NCBI RefSeq assembly: GCF_964355755.1
Contig: NC_092671.1
Location: forward strand, 21,018,001 to 21,082,000
DNA length: 64,000 nucleotides
Reading direction: 5' to 3'
Source: Antedon mediterranea
Taxonomy: Eukaryota; Animalia; Echinodermata
Part shown: positions 12,059 through 25,650 of the stretch, piece after piece
Numbering within the stretch: the stretch's first letter is position 1
How the letters are laid out: each line of letters opens with the position of its first letter
The notes under the pieces: model-generated
Database searches by the model: none
The model's input: the letters and a program-made list of their open reading frames with translations, nothing else
Told to the model about the DNA's origin: nothing
Program-made: the position numbers and the translations under genes

Positions 12059-13181
12059 CAGTGGCGGATCTAGGGGGGGTGAATAGGGTGGCTAGCCACC
12101 CCCCTTAATTCTCAAAAAAAAAAAAAAAAAGATGCAACCTAATCGCGATTGACCGTCGCTAGACGTGGATTAATCTTTTAATTAAGAAGAGTAGGCGCGC
12201 CTAGCTAGGCCCTACTAGAGCTAGGGTTAGCATTAATAGTTGTGTGTAAATAGGCCTACACAGTGAAAGAGCTAACAGTTTAATTACTATTATGAATTCA
12301 AGAGTTTAAAAAGAAAACACGATTTACAATCTTCGGAAAATACCCATTTTCAAAACACACGCACTCCTAAAACTACCAGCGTCACGTTGTCAAGCTCGCT
12401 CCTCGTGTGAATGCTGACGTCATCACTCTCCAAAATACACCATTTTCCACCATTGCAGTTAATTTCCGCCGGCCTGGTCCGTGTGTGCACAAAGCGTTAG
12501 CGTGGTATATTTACACCCCTGAGTGGAGTGTAATATCGGGAACTTTTTTCTCGCGCATGAAAGTTTTTTGTATAATATTATGGTATGCAGTATAAACGAT
12601 AAAAATAAACGAGAAACATGGTGTTCTTTTATTATTTTATAGGCATAAAATAAACATGAAATGTCTTGTATGTACACGGGACGGCCGAAAAAAGTATGTG
12701 GCGTATTTGGCGTTTTTTTATTTGTGTTATAGACACGGCGATTACTGCGATCATTGTATACCAAATTACATTGAGTTATTCACCCGGCTGTAGGGTATAT
12801 ATCTCTGAGGTTAACAGACCACCAAAACACGGTACACAACACATGCACTCTATCGAGGCATTTTCGGAGTACCGCATTACCAAAATGTTCATTTTGTTTG
12901 AAGGTTTTTCGATCAAAGTTTATTATTAGTTCGTCGAAAAAGATCCGTACAGTATTTAGGAAGGATGTATTTAACTTTACATTATGTAATATTTGTTATT
13001 AAGTGTGATGGAAACAGTTTCTCTAGCCTATTAAACAGTGTGTAAGCATCTATTTTTTCAAAAATTTTCGGAGCCTCGGGAGGGGGACACCCCCTCCCAA
13101 ACCCTCCCCCGCTCGGTGCTACGCACCTCGTTTGCCACTTTCGTGGCCACCCCCCCTCGTCAGATCCTAGATCCGCCACTG
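12059..13181. mobile_element. hAT-like MITE with 5-bp TSD
   Basis: TIR CAGTGGCGGATCTAGG / CCTAGATCCGCCACTG with TSD CACTC (12054-58, 13182-86). Confidence 0.88.
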
Positions 13182-13410
13182 CACTCACCGAATAAACGGT
13201 GACTATGTCACTCCCATGAAACATCATATGGAATAATCGGCATCTATTTCCATTAGATTATACCCCCTCCCATTGAATAAACAACTTTCTTCCAATAAAT
13301 GTCCACCTAAACAATAAACAGCCCAGGCCGTTTTTTCAATAAATACTGTACTTTAAATCTAGCACATCTAGGGTCTAGCGTGCTGTTAAACAGAATAATC
13401 GGTTAAAAAC

Positions 13411-13806
13411 GGGTGTTTCGAAACTAGAGACCCGAGACCAGAGACCCAAGACCCAATACGAAAAGGGAGACCTAAATATTCGAAAAGGGAGACCCACGTA
13501 CGAAAAGGGAGACCCCACTATACGAAAAGGGAGACCCTAATATACGAAAAGGGAGACCCTAATATACAAAAAGGGAGACCTAAATATACGAAAAGGGAGA
13601 CCTAAATATACGAAAAGGGAGACCCAAATATACAAAAAGGGAGACCCCACTATACGAAAAGGGAGACCCCACTATACGAAAAGGGAGACCCCACTATACG
13701 AAAAGGGAGACCCTAATATACGAAAAGGGAGACCCAAGGTCTCCCTTTTCGTATTGGGTCTCGTGTCAGGTCTCTGGTCTCGGGTCTCTATAGTTTCGAA
13801 AGACCC
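13411..13806. mobile_element. Mutator-like MITE with an internal ~22-bp tandem array
   Basis: TIR GGGTGTTTCGAAACTAGAGACC / GGTCTCTATAGTTTCGAAAGACCC, 9-bp TSD GTTAAAAAC, about 13 copies of TATACGAAAAGGGAGACCC. Confidence 0.88.
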
Positions 13807-13868
13807 GTTAAAAACAGATGATTTCATTTGTACAGAAACCGGTCCTATATATTTGTCTACTTTTGGAT

Positions 13869-15466
13869 TGGGGGGGGGGGGGGGGGGGGGGGTAGTTGAC
13901 CGGGGATTAGTTGACCGGGGGGGTAGGTAGTTGACTGGGGATTAGTTGACCGGGGGATTAGTTGACCGGGGGATTAGTTGACCGGGGGGTACTTGACCGG
14001 GGGGTACTTGACCGGGGGGTACTTGACCGGGGGGTACTTGACCGGGGGGTACTTGACCGGGGGGTACTTGACCGGGGGGTACTTGACCGGGGGGTAGTTG
14101 ACCGGGGGGTACTTGACCGGGGGGTAGTTGACCGGGGGGTGGTTGACCGGGGGGTGGTTGACCGGGGATTGGTTGACCGGGGGGTAGTTGACCGGGGAGT
14201 AGTTGACCGGGGAGTAGTTGACCGGGGAGTAGTTGACCGGGGGGTAGTTGACCGGGGGAGTTGACCGGGGGTAGTTGACCGGGGGGTAGTTGACCGGGGG
14301 GGGGGGGTAGTTGACCGGGGGATAGTTGACCGGGGGCGGGTAGTTGTTCGGGGGGGGGGAGTAGTTGACCGGGGGTAGTTGACCGGGGGTAGTTGACCGG
14401 GGGTAGTTGACCGGGGGTAGTTGACCGGGGGGGGGTAGTTGACCGGGGGGGGGTAGTTGACCGGGGGGGGTAGTTGACCGGGGGGGGTAGTTGACCGGCG
14501 GGGTAGTTGACCGGGGGGTAGTTGACCGGGGGGTAGTTGACCGGGGGGGTAGTTGACCGGGGGGTAGTTGACCGGGGGGTAGTTGACCGGGGGGGGGGGG
14601 TAGTTGACCGGGGGGGGGTAGTTGACCGGGGGGTAGTTGACCGGGGGGTAATTGACCGGGGGGGGGGTAGTTGACCGGGGGGGGGGGGGTAATTGACCGG
14701 GGGTAGTCGACCGGGGGGTAGTCGACCGGGGGGTAGTCGACCGGGGGGTAGTCGACCGGGGGGTAGTCGACCGGGGGGTAGTCGACCGGGGGGTAGTCGA
14801 CCGGGGGAGTCGACCGGGGGGTAGTCGACCGGGGGGTAGTCGACCGGGGGGTAGTCGACCGGGGGGTAGTCGACCGGGGGGTAGTCGACCGGGGGATAGT
14901 CGACCGGGGGTTGTTGACCGGGGGGGTTGTTTACCGGGGGGGGGGGGTAGTTGACCGGGAGTGGGGGTGGTTGAACGGGGGTGGGGTATTTGACGGGGGG
15001 GGGGGGTAGTTGACCGGGGGATAGTTGATCGTTGACCGGGGGATAGTTGATCGTTGACCGGGGGATAGTTGATCGTTGACCGGGGGGGGGGGGGTTGACC
15101 GGGGGTGGTTGTCCTAAGGGGGTGGTTGTCCTAAGGGGGTGGTTGTCCTAAGGGGGTGGTTGTCCTAAGGGGGTGGTTGTCCTAAGGGGGTGGTTGTCCT
15201 AAGGGGGTGGTTGTCCTAAGGGGGTGGTTGTCCTAAGGGGGTGGTTGTCCTAAGGGGGTGGTTGTCCTAAGGGGGTGGTTGTCCTAAGGGGGTGGTTGTC
15301 CTAAGGGGGTGGTTGTCCTAAGGGGGTGGTTGTCCTAAGGGGGTGGTTGTCCTAAGGGGGTGGTTGTCAGGGGGTTGTTATCCTAAGGGGCTAGTTGTCC
15401 TAAGGGGGTAGTTGTCCGGGTGGTAAACATCCGGGGGTAACTGCTAGGGGGTAGGTGTCCTAGAAC
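13869..15466 (+). repeat. G-rich minisatellite: (G5-7)TAGTTGACC ~15-mers changing to (G5)TGGTTGTCCTAA 17-mers
   Basis: Directly visible tandem array ending in GGGGTAGGTGTCCTAGAAC. Confidence 0.95.
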
Positions 15467-15685
15467 AGTAAAACAACTATGAGCCTCGTTGATACCGCCT
15501 CGTAACCACGTATTGACGTTTTACTATAATATTGAATATGCACTGTTAGTGTTACTTTAAAAAAGGATGTAATAAAACTGTGTACAATATTAGTAGGTAA
15601 TAGGTTTTTTGTGCCCCCTCTGTACACACGCCTGCCGGCTATTTGTTTATCATTTTAATGAATGTAGTACGAGTCTAACTCCAAA

Positions 15686-18600
15686 CTAGACATGTAACTC
15701 GTCACTTTGACGAGTTTGGTTATCCGCCGCGCAAGTGGTGCAACATTAACATTAAGGGGATAGGTTGAGGACAAAAGGAAGTGTTTACGTTCGTATTATG
15801 ACCTGAACTGAAGAATATGATATGTTGTTATTGCTGAATTTTATTATTTAAATTCATATAGTATACACAGTATAATCTGTATCCATATCACATACAGTGT
15901 AGAATAGGTGAAATTACGGAACCCGTTATTTATTGCAATTTTTAACATGTTGACGGTTTTAAAATGAAACGCGAAGGTAGCAATTCCGAAAGGAAATTAT
16001 CTCAGCAACAATGTATTAGCGTGTAGAAGAAATTTGAATACGTGAAATATTAATGCGCGCTCTTTTAAATGTAATGAATTATGACACAAAAGATGAAAAT
16101 ACGACCTTTTTTATTTAACTTGCCATATGATGACGTCACAACATCCGATTGGCAACATTTTTACATAATTTCGTATCTACAATCCAATAGCTTCCAGAAA
16201 AAGTTTTAATCGTGATTATCACATTTTATTCTTACGAGCTATAACAGATTAAAATTTACTGTAAAGATGAAATTAATGCCACACGTGATTTAAATTTTTA
16301 GGCATGATGACGTCAAAAAAATTAAAATATTTTTAACTCATGCGAAAGATAGTTGATTGACCTAAACAATATCAAAATCGGGGTGAAAATAGAAAACGGA
16401 TAAGTGGAGATGCGCTCTATTCAATGTGATGAGCTATGACGAAAGATACAAAAATCCTAACTTTTATATTCGCATGGCCATACGATGACGTCACAATGTC
16501 CGGTTAGCCATATTAATACCTGATCCGATATCTACAACTCATCTACTTCCAGAAAATGCCATCCACAAAAAGTTGACCGTCTAGTTTAGAAATTACGACT
16601 GTTTTAAAAAAGGCATATTTTAAACGATTTTTTTAACCTTTTCATAAAAAACGCGCGCAAATTGTCCAATTCGACGTGCTCGTATGACGTATCTTTAAGT
16701 CGAAATTGTTTAAAATTTGGTAAAATTACTAGAAAAGGCTGGAAAAACATAAATCACGCGAAAAAAATACGTTTTCAATGCTACGTGCGCACCGCACACG
16801 TAAAAATGTGCGCACGCGTGGTAATTTTTGACATGCTTAAAACGACATGAAACGCGTAGAAATATAATTATAAATTAATTTTGCGCATTATGAAATTTTA
16901 AATGCGCGTGCGCGCGTAACTTTGTGTAAAACATGCAAATTTTTTTCAACAGAAAGTTAGCGCATGATATGAATTAAACTTTTGCAAAGTTTCACTTTAA
17001 AATGTTATTTGGTTTTCGACATATGTTAAATACGAGAAAATCGTTAAATCGCGCGTACGTCACTTTGCGCAATTGTAAACATCATGAAAAGCTTCGCTTG
17101 ACGACGTTACGTAATTGTCAATATGTTAAGATAGTTACCGAAATGTTATGTTTGCGAGTTTTGGAGAAAAGCGTTACACAAAAATCATACAGAAAGAAAG
17201 AAGAAGAACTAGACATGAAACTCGTCACTTTGACGAGTTAGTTATCCGCACGACAAACGCCACGTGCACGTCATACGTTGGAATATTGCACACGGAAAAA
17301 CATTATGGAATTATGACCTGAACTGAAGACTATGATATGTTGTTATTGCTGAATTCTATTATTTTGATTCATATATAGTATACACAGTGTAATCTGTATA
17401 CATATCACATACAGTGTAGAATAGGGGAAATTACGGGACCCGCTATTTATTGCAATTTTTAACATGTTGATGGTTTTAAAATAAAACGCGAAGGTAGCAA
17501 TTTTGGAAGGAAATTATCTCAGCAACAACATATTAACGTGTAGAAGAAATTTGAATACGTGAAATATTAATGCGCGCTCTTTTAAATGTAATGAACTATG
17601 ACGCAAAATATGAAAATACGACTTTTTTTATTTAACTGGCCATATGATGACGTCACCACATCCGATTGGCAAAATTTTCACATGATTTTGTATCTACCAT
17701 CCAATAGCTTCAAGAAAACGTTTTAATCGTGATTATCACATTTTATTCTTACGAGCTATAACAGATTGAAATTTACTGTAAAGATGAAATTAATGCCACA
17801 CGTAATTTAAATTTTTAGGCATGATGACGTCATAAAAATTAAAATATTTTTAACTCATGCTAAATATAGTTGATTAACCTAGACATATCAAAATCGGGGT
17901 GAAAATGAAAAACGGATAAGTGGAGATGCGCTCTATTAAATGTGAGGAGTTATGACAAAAGATACAAAAATCCTAAATTTCATATTCGCGTGGCCATACG
18001 ATGACGTCACAATGTCCTGTTAGCCATATTAATGCATGATCTGATATCTACAACTCATCAACTTCCATAATATGTAATAAAAATAATTTTTACCGTTTAG
18101 TTTAGAAACTACGATATTTTAAAAAAAGGCTTAATTTTGACGAATTTTTGAAGTTTTTCATCAAAAAAGCGCGCAAATTATCATATTCTACGTGCTCGTA
18201 TGACGTAATTTGAAGTCGAAATTGTTTAAAAGTTGGTAAAATTACTAGAAAAGGCTGGAAAAACATAAATCACTCGAAAAAATGACGTTTTTAACGCTAC
18301 GTGTGCACCACGCGCGTCAAAATTTGCGCACGTGTGGGAATTTTTGACATGCTCAAAATGACATGAAACGCGTAGAAAGTTGATTAGAAATTGATTTTTC
18401 GCATTGTATAATTTTAAACGCGCGTGCGCGCGTAACTTCGTGTAAAACATGCCATTTTTAGTGCACAAAAAGTTAGCGCACGATATAAATTAGACTTTTG
18501 CTAAGTTTCAATTTAAATCGTTATATGGTTTTCGATCTATGTTAAATACGCGAAATTCATAAAAACGCGCGTAAGTCATGTTGCGCAACTCTGACGTCAT

Positions 18601-21600
18601 TCAATTATAGGAAAGCACAACTTCACGTGATTGCCCATATGTTGACAAAGTTATAACATGTTAACTTTACACGTTTTAGAGATACGCTCTGCACAAAAAT
18701 GACAGAAAGAAAGAAGAACTAGACATGTAACTCGTCACTTTGACGAGTTAGTTATCCGCATGAGAAACGCCACGCACACGTCATACGTTGAAATTTTGCG
18801 CACAAAAAAATATTTTGGCATTATGACCTGAACTGAAGAATGTCATATGCTGTTAGTGCTGAATTCTGTCAATTTTGTGTCATATAGTATATACAGTATA
18901 AACAGTATAATCTGTATGCGTATTACATACAGTGTAGAATAGGTGAAATTACGGGACCCCCCATTTATTCCTATTTTTAACATGGCGGCGGTATCAAAAT
19001 GAAACACTAAGATAGCAATTTTGGAAGCAAATGATCTCATCAACAACATATTACCGTGTAGAAGAAATTTGAATACGTCAAATATAGATACGCGCTCTTT
19101 TAAATGTGATGAACTATGACGCAAATTATGAAAATACGACTTTTTATATTCAACTGGCCATATGATGACGTCACAACATCTGATTGGCAAAATGTTCACA
19201 TGAATTCGTATCTACAATCCAATAGCTTCCATAAAAAGTTTTGATCATGATTATCACTTTTTATTGTGACGAGCTATAACAGATTGAAATTTACTGTAAA
19301 GATGAAAATAAGTGACCCACGTTATTTACATTTTTAGACATTATGGCGTCATAAAAATTAAAATATTTTTAACTCATGCGAAAGAAAGGTGATTGACCTA
19401 GACAATGTCAAAATCGGGGTGAAAATTGAAAACGGATAAGTAGAGATGCGCTCTATTAAATGTGATGAGCTATGACGAAAGATACAAAAATCCTATATTT
19501 TATATTCACGTGGCCATACGATGACGTCACAATGTCCGGTTAGCCATATTATTACATGATCCGATATCTACACCTCATCAACTTCAAGAATATGTCATCC
19601 ACAAAAATTTGACCGTCCAGTTTAGAAATTACAACTGTTTAAAAAAAGGCATAATTTTGACAAATTTTAACGAATTTTTTAACTTTTTCACCAAAAACCC
19701 ACGTAAATTATCCAATTCGACGCGCAAGTATGACGTAATTTTAAGTCAAAATCGTTTAAAAGTTGGTAAAATTACTACAAAAGGCTGGAAAAACATAAAT
19801 CACGTGAAAAAAATTGTTTTCAACGCTACGTGCGCACGGCGCGCGTAACAAAATGCGCGCGCGTGGGAATTTTTTACCTGCTCAAAATGACATGAAACGC
19901 GTAGAAAGTGGATTAGAAATTGATTTTTCGCATTTTGAAATTTTAAACGCGCGTGCGCGCGTAACTTCGTGTAAAACAAGCCATTTTTTTTACACAGTCA
20001 GTTAGCGCAAGATATAACTTAAACTTTCGTTAAGTTTCAATTTAAATTGTTATATGGTTTTCGATGTATGTTAAATACGCGAAATTCGTTAAAACGCGCG
20101 TAAGTCATGTTGTGCAATTCTGACGTCATTCAAAAATAGAAAAGCACAACTTCAGGTGAATACCCATATGTTGACAAAGTTATGAAATGTTAACTTTACA
20201 CGTTTTTGAGATATGCTCTGCACAAAAATGACAGAAAGAAAGAATAATACAGAAAAAAAAAAAAGATGATGAAACAGGACAGTTACAAGGAGTTATCCGC
20301 TGAGTGCGGATAACTAACTAGACATGAAACTCGTCACTTTGACGAGTTAGTTATCCGCACCACGACAAACGCCACGTGCACGTCATACGTTTGAATATTG
20401 CACACCGAAAAAGATTATGTCATTATGACCTGAACTGAAGAATATGATGTGTTGTTAGTACTGAATGCTGTATATTTTCTGTCATATAGTATACACAGTA
20501 TAATCTGTATACATGTCACAAACAGTGTAAAATAGGTGAAATTACGGGACCCATATTTTATTTTAATTTTCAAAAGGAAACGCGAAGGTACTGTAGTAAT
20601 TTCGGAAGAAAATTATCTCAGCAACAACATATTAACGTTTAGAAGAAATTTGAATACGTGAAACATTAATGCGCGCTTTTTTAAATGTAATGAACTATGA
20701 CGCAAAAGATGAAAATATGACTTTGTTTATTTAACTGGCCATATGATGACGTCACAACATCTGATTGGCGAAAAGTTCACATGATTTCGTATCTACAATC
20801 CCATAGCTTCCTGAAAACGTTATAATCGTGATTATCACATTTTATTCTTACGAGCTATAACAGATTAAAATTTACTGTAAAGATGAAATTAATGACGCTG
20901 TTAATTAAAATTTTTAGGCATGGCGACGTCATAAAAATTAAAATTATTTTTAACTCATGCGTAAGATAGTTGATTGACCTAGACAATATTAAAATCTCAG
21001 AGAAAAAGGAATACAGATAGGCGTGATGCGCTCCATTGAATATGATGAGCAATAATGAAAGAGACAAAAATCCTATATTTTACATTCGTGTGGCCATACG
21101 ATGACGTCACAATGTCCGGTTAGCCATATTGATTCATGATCCGATTTCTACAACTCATCAACTTCCAGAATATGTAATTAAAAAAAAGTTCACCTCGTTG
21201 TTTAGAATCTATGACTGTTTAAAAAAAGGCATAATTTTGACAAATTTTTGAACTTTTTCATCAAAAACGCACGTAAAGTATCCAATTCAACGTGCCCGTA
21301 TGACGTAATTGTAAGTCGAAATTGTTTTAAAATTGGTAAAATTACTATAAAAGGCTGGAAAAACATAATTCAATAAAAAAAAAATACTTTTAGCGCTACG
21401 TGCGCACCACGCACATAAAATTGTTCGCGCGCGTGGGAAATTTTGACATGGTCAAAATGTCATGATCAGCGTAGAAAGTTGATTAAAAATTAATTTTGCG
21501 CATTTTGAATTTTAAATGCGCGTGCGCGCGTAACTTTGTGTAAAACACGCAATTTTTTTCCACAGAAAGTTAGCGCATGATATAAATTCAACTTTTGCTA

Positions 21601-22339
21601 AGTTTCAATTTAAATTGGTATATGGTTTTAAATCTATGTTAAATACGCGAAATTCATAAAATCGTGCGTAAGTCACGTTGCGCATTTCTGACGTCATTCA
21701 CAATAGGAGGTGCACAACTTCACGTGAATGCCCATATGTTGACAAAGTTATGAAATGTTATGTTTACACGTTTTTGAGATACGAGAGATACAAAAATAGA
21801 GGAGAAATGCGCGTGCGCGCGTAACGTCTTGTAAAACATGGCATTTTTAATCCACAAAAAGTTTGCCCTTGATATGACTTAAATTTTCACAAAGTGTCAA
21901 AACAAATTTATGCTTGGTTTTTAGTCTATGATCAATCATAAAAAATCATAAAATCGCACGTAAGTCACGTTGCGCAACTCTGACGTCATTAAAAAATAGG
22001 AGGTGCACAACTTCACGTAAATGTCCATATGATGACAAAGTTATGAAATGTTATGTGTACAAGTTTTTGAGATACGCGAGACACAAAAATGGAGGAGAAA
22101 GAAAGAAGAATAATATAAAGAAAAAAAAAAAAAAGATCCAGGACGATTACAAGGAGTTATCCGCTACTAAGCGGATAACTAATAATACAGAAAAAAAAAA
22201 AAAAAAAAAGATGATGAAACAGGACAGTTACAAGGAGTTATCCGCCATAGTGCGGATAACTAATAAAAAGATGTTGATGATGATGATGATTTCGTACAAT
22301 CACAAGAGGTTATCCTGCAACTTCGTTGCGGATAACCAA
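15686..22339 (-). mobile_element. Array of four ~1.5-1.9 kb HINEs (Helentron-associated interspersed elements), nested
   Basis: On the + strand each unit begins CTAGACATG, then the hairpin ACTCGTCA-ctt-TGACGAGT, then subTIR TTRGTTATCCGC (15686, 17209, 18719, 20318). Opposite-end modules GTTATCC..GCGGATAACYAA end at 20317, 22182, 22263 and 22339. Confidence 0.88.
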
Positions 22340-23769
22340 TAAAGATATAGAACACATTTTGAGAATTCAAAGTGTTGATCTTTTTTAAGAATCTCATATT
22401 ACCATGAATCATCTTTTTACATAATATACAGCATAAGCATGTACAATCTAATTTAATTGTCACACAATTGAATTAACAAAGGACAAGGATTTCAAATAAA
22501 CTGTTACAAATAAACAATTATTAATGAAATAGTTGGGGTATTGTTGGGTCCATGGGAAATCAACAATGTTTAGTAGACTTATTTAATTTGTTATTTAAAG
22601 TTGAGGGTAGTTATTTTTTAAACATATTGGAATACCATGAAAATAAAGAAAGATATGTTTTATGATTTCTTAATCACCAAGCAGAAATACCGCTGAGATA
22701 AATGAAAGCAATTCAATCTGTTCGCTACCGGGAATAAATTGAGATTCGATATACTATCACCACTAATTGTGTTTTTTTTTTCCTCGGCGGAAGTGATCGA
22801 CTTCATATTCAAAATCCGAATGTATTCATCGTTAAATAATAATAATTATTATTATACAATGACCCCACTTCTGTTTTGGGACATGGTTTTCCTCTTCGGC
22901 ATTATTTGCCGAATTATTGTTACTCCATCTCCATTGCTACAACACACGTCGCGGAATAATATCGCTTAACATAACGATGTAATTTGACCACCCAAAGCTC
23001 GCACGTGGCGTGACGAATTGAGAACGACGAACCCGATGATTCACCCGATGATATGCATGATTGGCCACCCGGGAGCCGAGTCGACCACGAGTTGGAACTG
23101 TATTCAACCGAGCGACGCTCGGTCGTCGTCGGCGGCTGCACTTACTGACCTCTGTCATATTTTATAAAGGAAAACTGCAAACAACATCGTCGATTTGTGA
23201 AAATGGCCCCTTTTTTTTTTTCTAGGCCTACCTAGTAGTATACCTGTTAGTACTTTATTTACTTGCGAAAAACGTTGTTTGAATTTTATCGGTAGCCTAG
23301 GCTATAATAAATATAGAAATAAATATGATCTTATGTACTAGGCCTAGCTCCTGCTACTACTTACTAATAATTAATACTACTAGACTACCCTAGGCCTATC
23401 TAATGGCTGGTGCTAGCTAGGCCTAACCCTATGCCAGAGCCTACGTACGTATTTGTTGTTTTATTTAGCTCTATTCTACTCATTACTGCTATTATAATTT
23501 ATAAAATGGCCTAGTTTGTTCGTATATTATTCGTATACGTCCCGTATACGATATTCTTATCATGAATAAACAACGTATACGTTACGTATGCTAAACGTAT
23601 ACGACGCCAACTCTTTGTGGAGCAACAGAGTGGAAATAATGTAAACAGTGAAATCGTATACGTTTTCAGCGTATACGGATCATATACGGCTTTTTTGCAA
23701 AGGATAGTACTTGTTGGAGTTATATTATTTTGTACAATGTAGGTATTAAATTGAAAACTTCTTTTTTCT

Positions 23770-23861
23770 AAAAATCGCATGGTCGGAGTATAAGTCGACC
23801 CCCGATTTTGCAATTAAAATTTTCCCACAAAGTCTCGGCCTATACTCCGGAAAATACGGTA
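23770..23861. mobile_element. pogo-like MITE right terminus
   Basis: ...CGGCCTATACTCCGGAAAATACGG-TA, similar in form to the TIR at 4935-4962. No matching left end was found. Confidence 0.5.
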
Positions 23862-23952
23862 GGTGCATCATTTTTTTAAATTAATTGTCAGTTAAATTGT
23901 AAAAATGATCACCTATAATTCGTCAAAGTGACATGTGATTTGTTGTTTACAG

Positions 23953-24017
23953 GTGCTATTTTTGAAGAGTATGTTCCTCCTGAAGGTGATGGTAAAGTGT
24001 CAGCTTTGTCCACTGAG
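23953..24017 (+). CDS. MRPL45: MRPL45 coding exon B
   Basis: tttacag|GT...GAG|gtaatt, 65 nt. Encodes (G)AIFEEYVPPEGDGKVSALSTE, containing the conserved YVPPEGD motif of mL45. Confidence 0.93.
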
Positions 24018-24464
24018 GTAATTGTTTATTTGTTTTCAAACCAAATCCAAACACTATTTAGTTACTATAGTTCTTATAATATATCGATGTGATGTGTTTT
24101 GTTATACTATAGTTATTAGCAGTTACCCGTACAATGGATGCGCACCATCTTATATAGATTGCAAGTTTCCAGAACCAAAAAGATAGTACAGTAATATACT
24201 GTAGTACAATCCAGTGCACTCTTCCCTGGTAAATACACAAATCTGTAAATGGATGTACAGTACTGGTTAGAGGACTTTCGACATTCCTCGCGTGTTTTGA
24301 ACGAGTGTTGACCGAGCGTTGTTCGAGCATTGTTAGCGATATTCACAAGCGTTGCTAGCTTCGAGTAATACATTAAGGTCACAATCCACGCATGAACGGT
24401 TTTATCGAGCAGCGATTTCTGGGTAGCAGTTTATCTCGATGTCATTGTCTTTCGTGTTCCACGG

Positions 24465-25650
24465 CATTAGCATGAAAAAGCACCTCGAAATACACCTTGT
24501 GCCGCCTTATATGGAGAGCTTGGTTGGTCTCCAATTAACGAGATTCATAACGCTCTTCGTATGAAATACTTCCATAGAATTATAAAGATGGAAAACTATC
24601 GATGGCCAAAAATTATGTTTATTGGAATGCTACAACTTAATTGTGAATTTAAAGACTTAAGGTATAAGTTTCTATCTTGTATAAACGATATTCTCTTGAA
24701 GTGTAATTGTGAATCCAAAAATATTTTCACCACTCTCTCAAATTATAAAGAAGTCTACTTTCCAATTTCTGAAATCTTAAGAAAACTTAACTATATAATG
24801 ATAGATGAATGGAGAATTGAATTGCAAAATAAATCAAGTCTCCACATCTATGAAACATTAAAATCAAAACCTGGACTTGAAAATTACTTAATTGATAAAA
24901 CTAATTTTGAAGGTGCTGCATTAAAATTTAAAGCTCGTTCAAATACGCTACCTTTGAATGATAGAACTGCAAATTGGAATATTGATAATAATAAAAAATG
25001 TAAATTGTGCGGTACAAATTCGGACGAAGACATCCATCATTTCATCCTTAATTGTCCAGCTTTAAATAATATACGTAATCAGGAATTATTTAATTTATAT
25101 GTGGATATGTATAGAAATGGCAGCAAAGATATGTTTGATACTTTTTATACTTCTCCTGAAAATGACAAACTTAAATATATTTTGGGATACTCAGATAATT
25201 TAATTGATGAAGAGTGTGAAAATATTTTAGATAGTTTTTGTAAAAGATACCTAAAACAAGCATGGCAATTTTGAAATGATTCACTGAATTCCATGACTCA
25301 ATAACTATGTTATCTACATTGCTACATTAAGTAAATTGAAAAAAAAAGTGGGAGGGGGGAGGAGTTGGGGGTTTTTCGTAATAAGCTGTGTTTATCAGCT
25401 GATTTTATTTTATTTTATACACTTTTACTATATCTTGTTTTGTATTCATTGTGTAAAGTAATGATCTACTGTATGTATCGATGTAAATTGGGGGGGGGGG
25501 GGGGGGTAGGATAGGGGTTGATAGTTGCTTTTGCCTTTTTTACTTTTCTGTTATTTGTTATATTTTATATTGTGAAGGATGCACCTTTGTGCTAAGTGTG
25601 CCACCGATCTAAAGGTGTAATTCCAAATAAATAAATAAATAAATAAATAA
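24465..25650 (+). mobile_element. RTE-X-like LINE 3' fragment
   Basis: APRNTPCAALYGELGW..., then ORF 24561-25274 with ARSNTLPLN and a CKLC...EDIHHFILNCP zinc knuckle. The 3'UTR ends in (TAAA)n at 25624-25650. Confidence 0.8.

Noticed and set aside
13455-13740. CRISPR-like regular repeats (also 54260-54732)
   Set aside because: No unique spacers, eukaryotic context and no cas genes. These are minisatellites within transposons.
13962-14264. 100-aa ORF of (GVLDR/GVVDR)n
   Set aside because: It is a translation of the 15-bp G-rich minisatellite, with no coding evidence.
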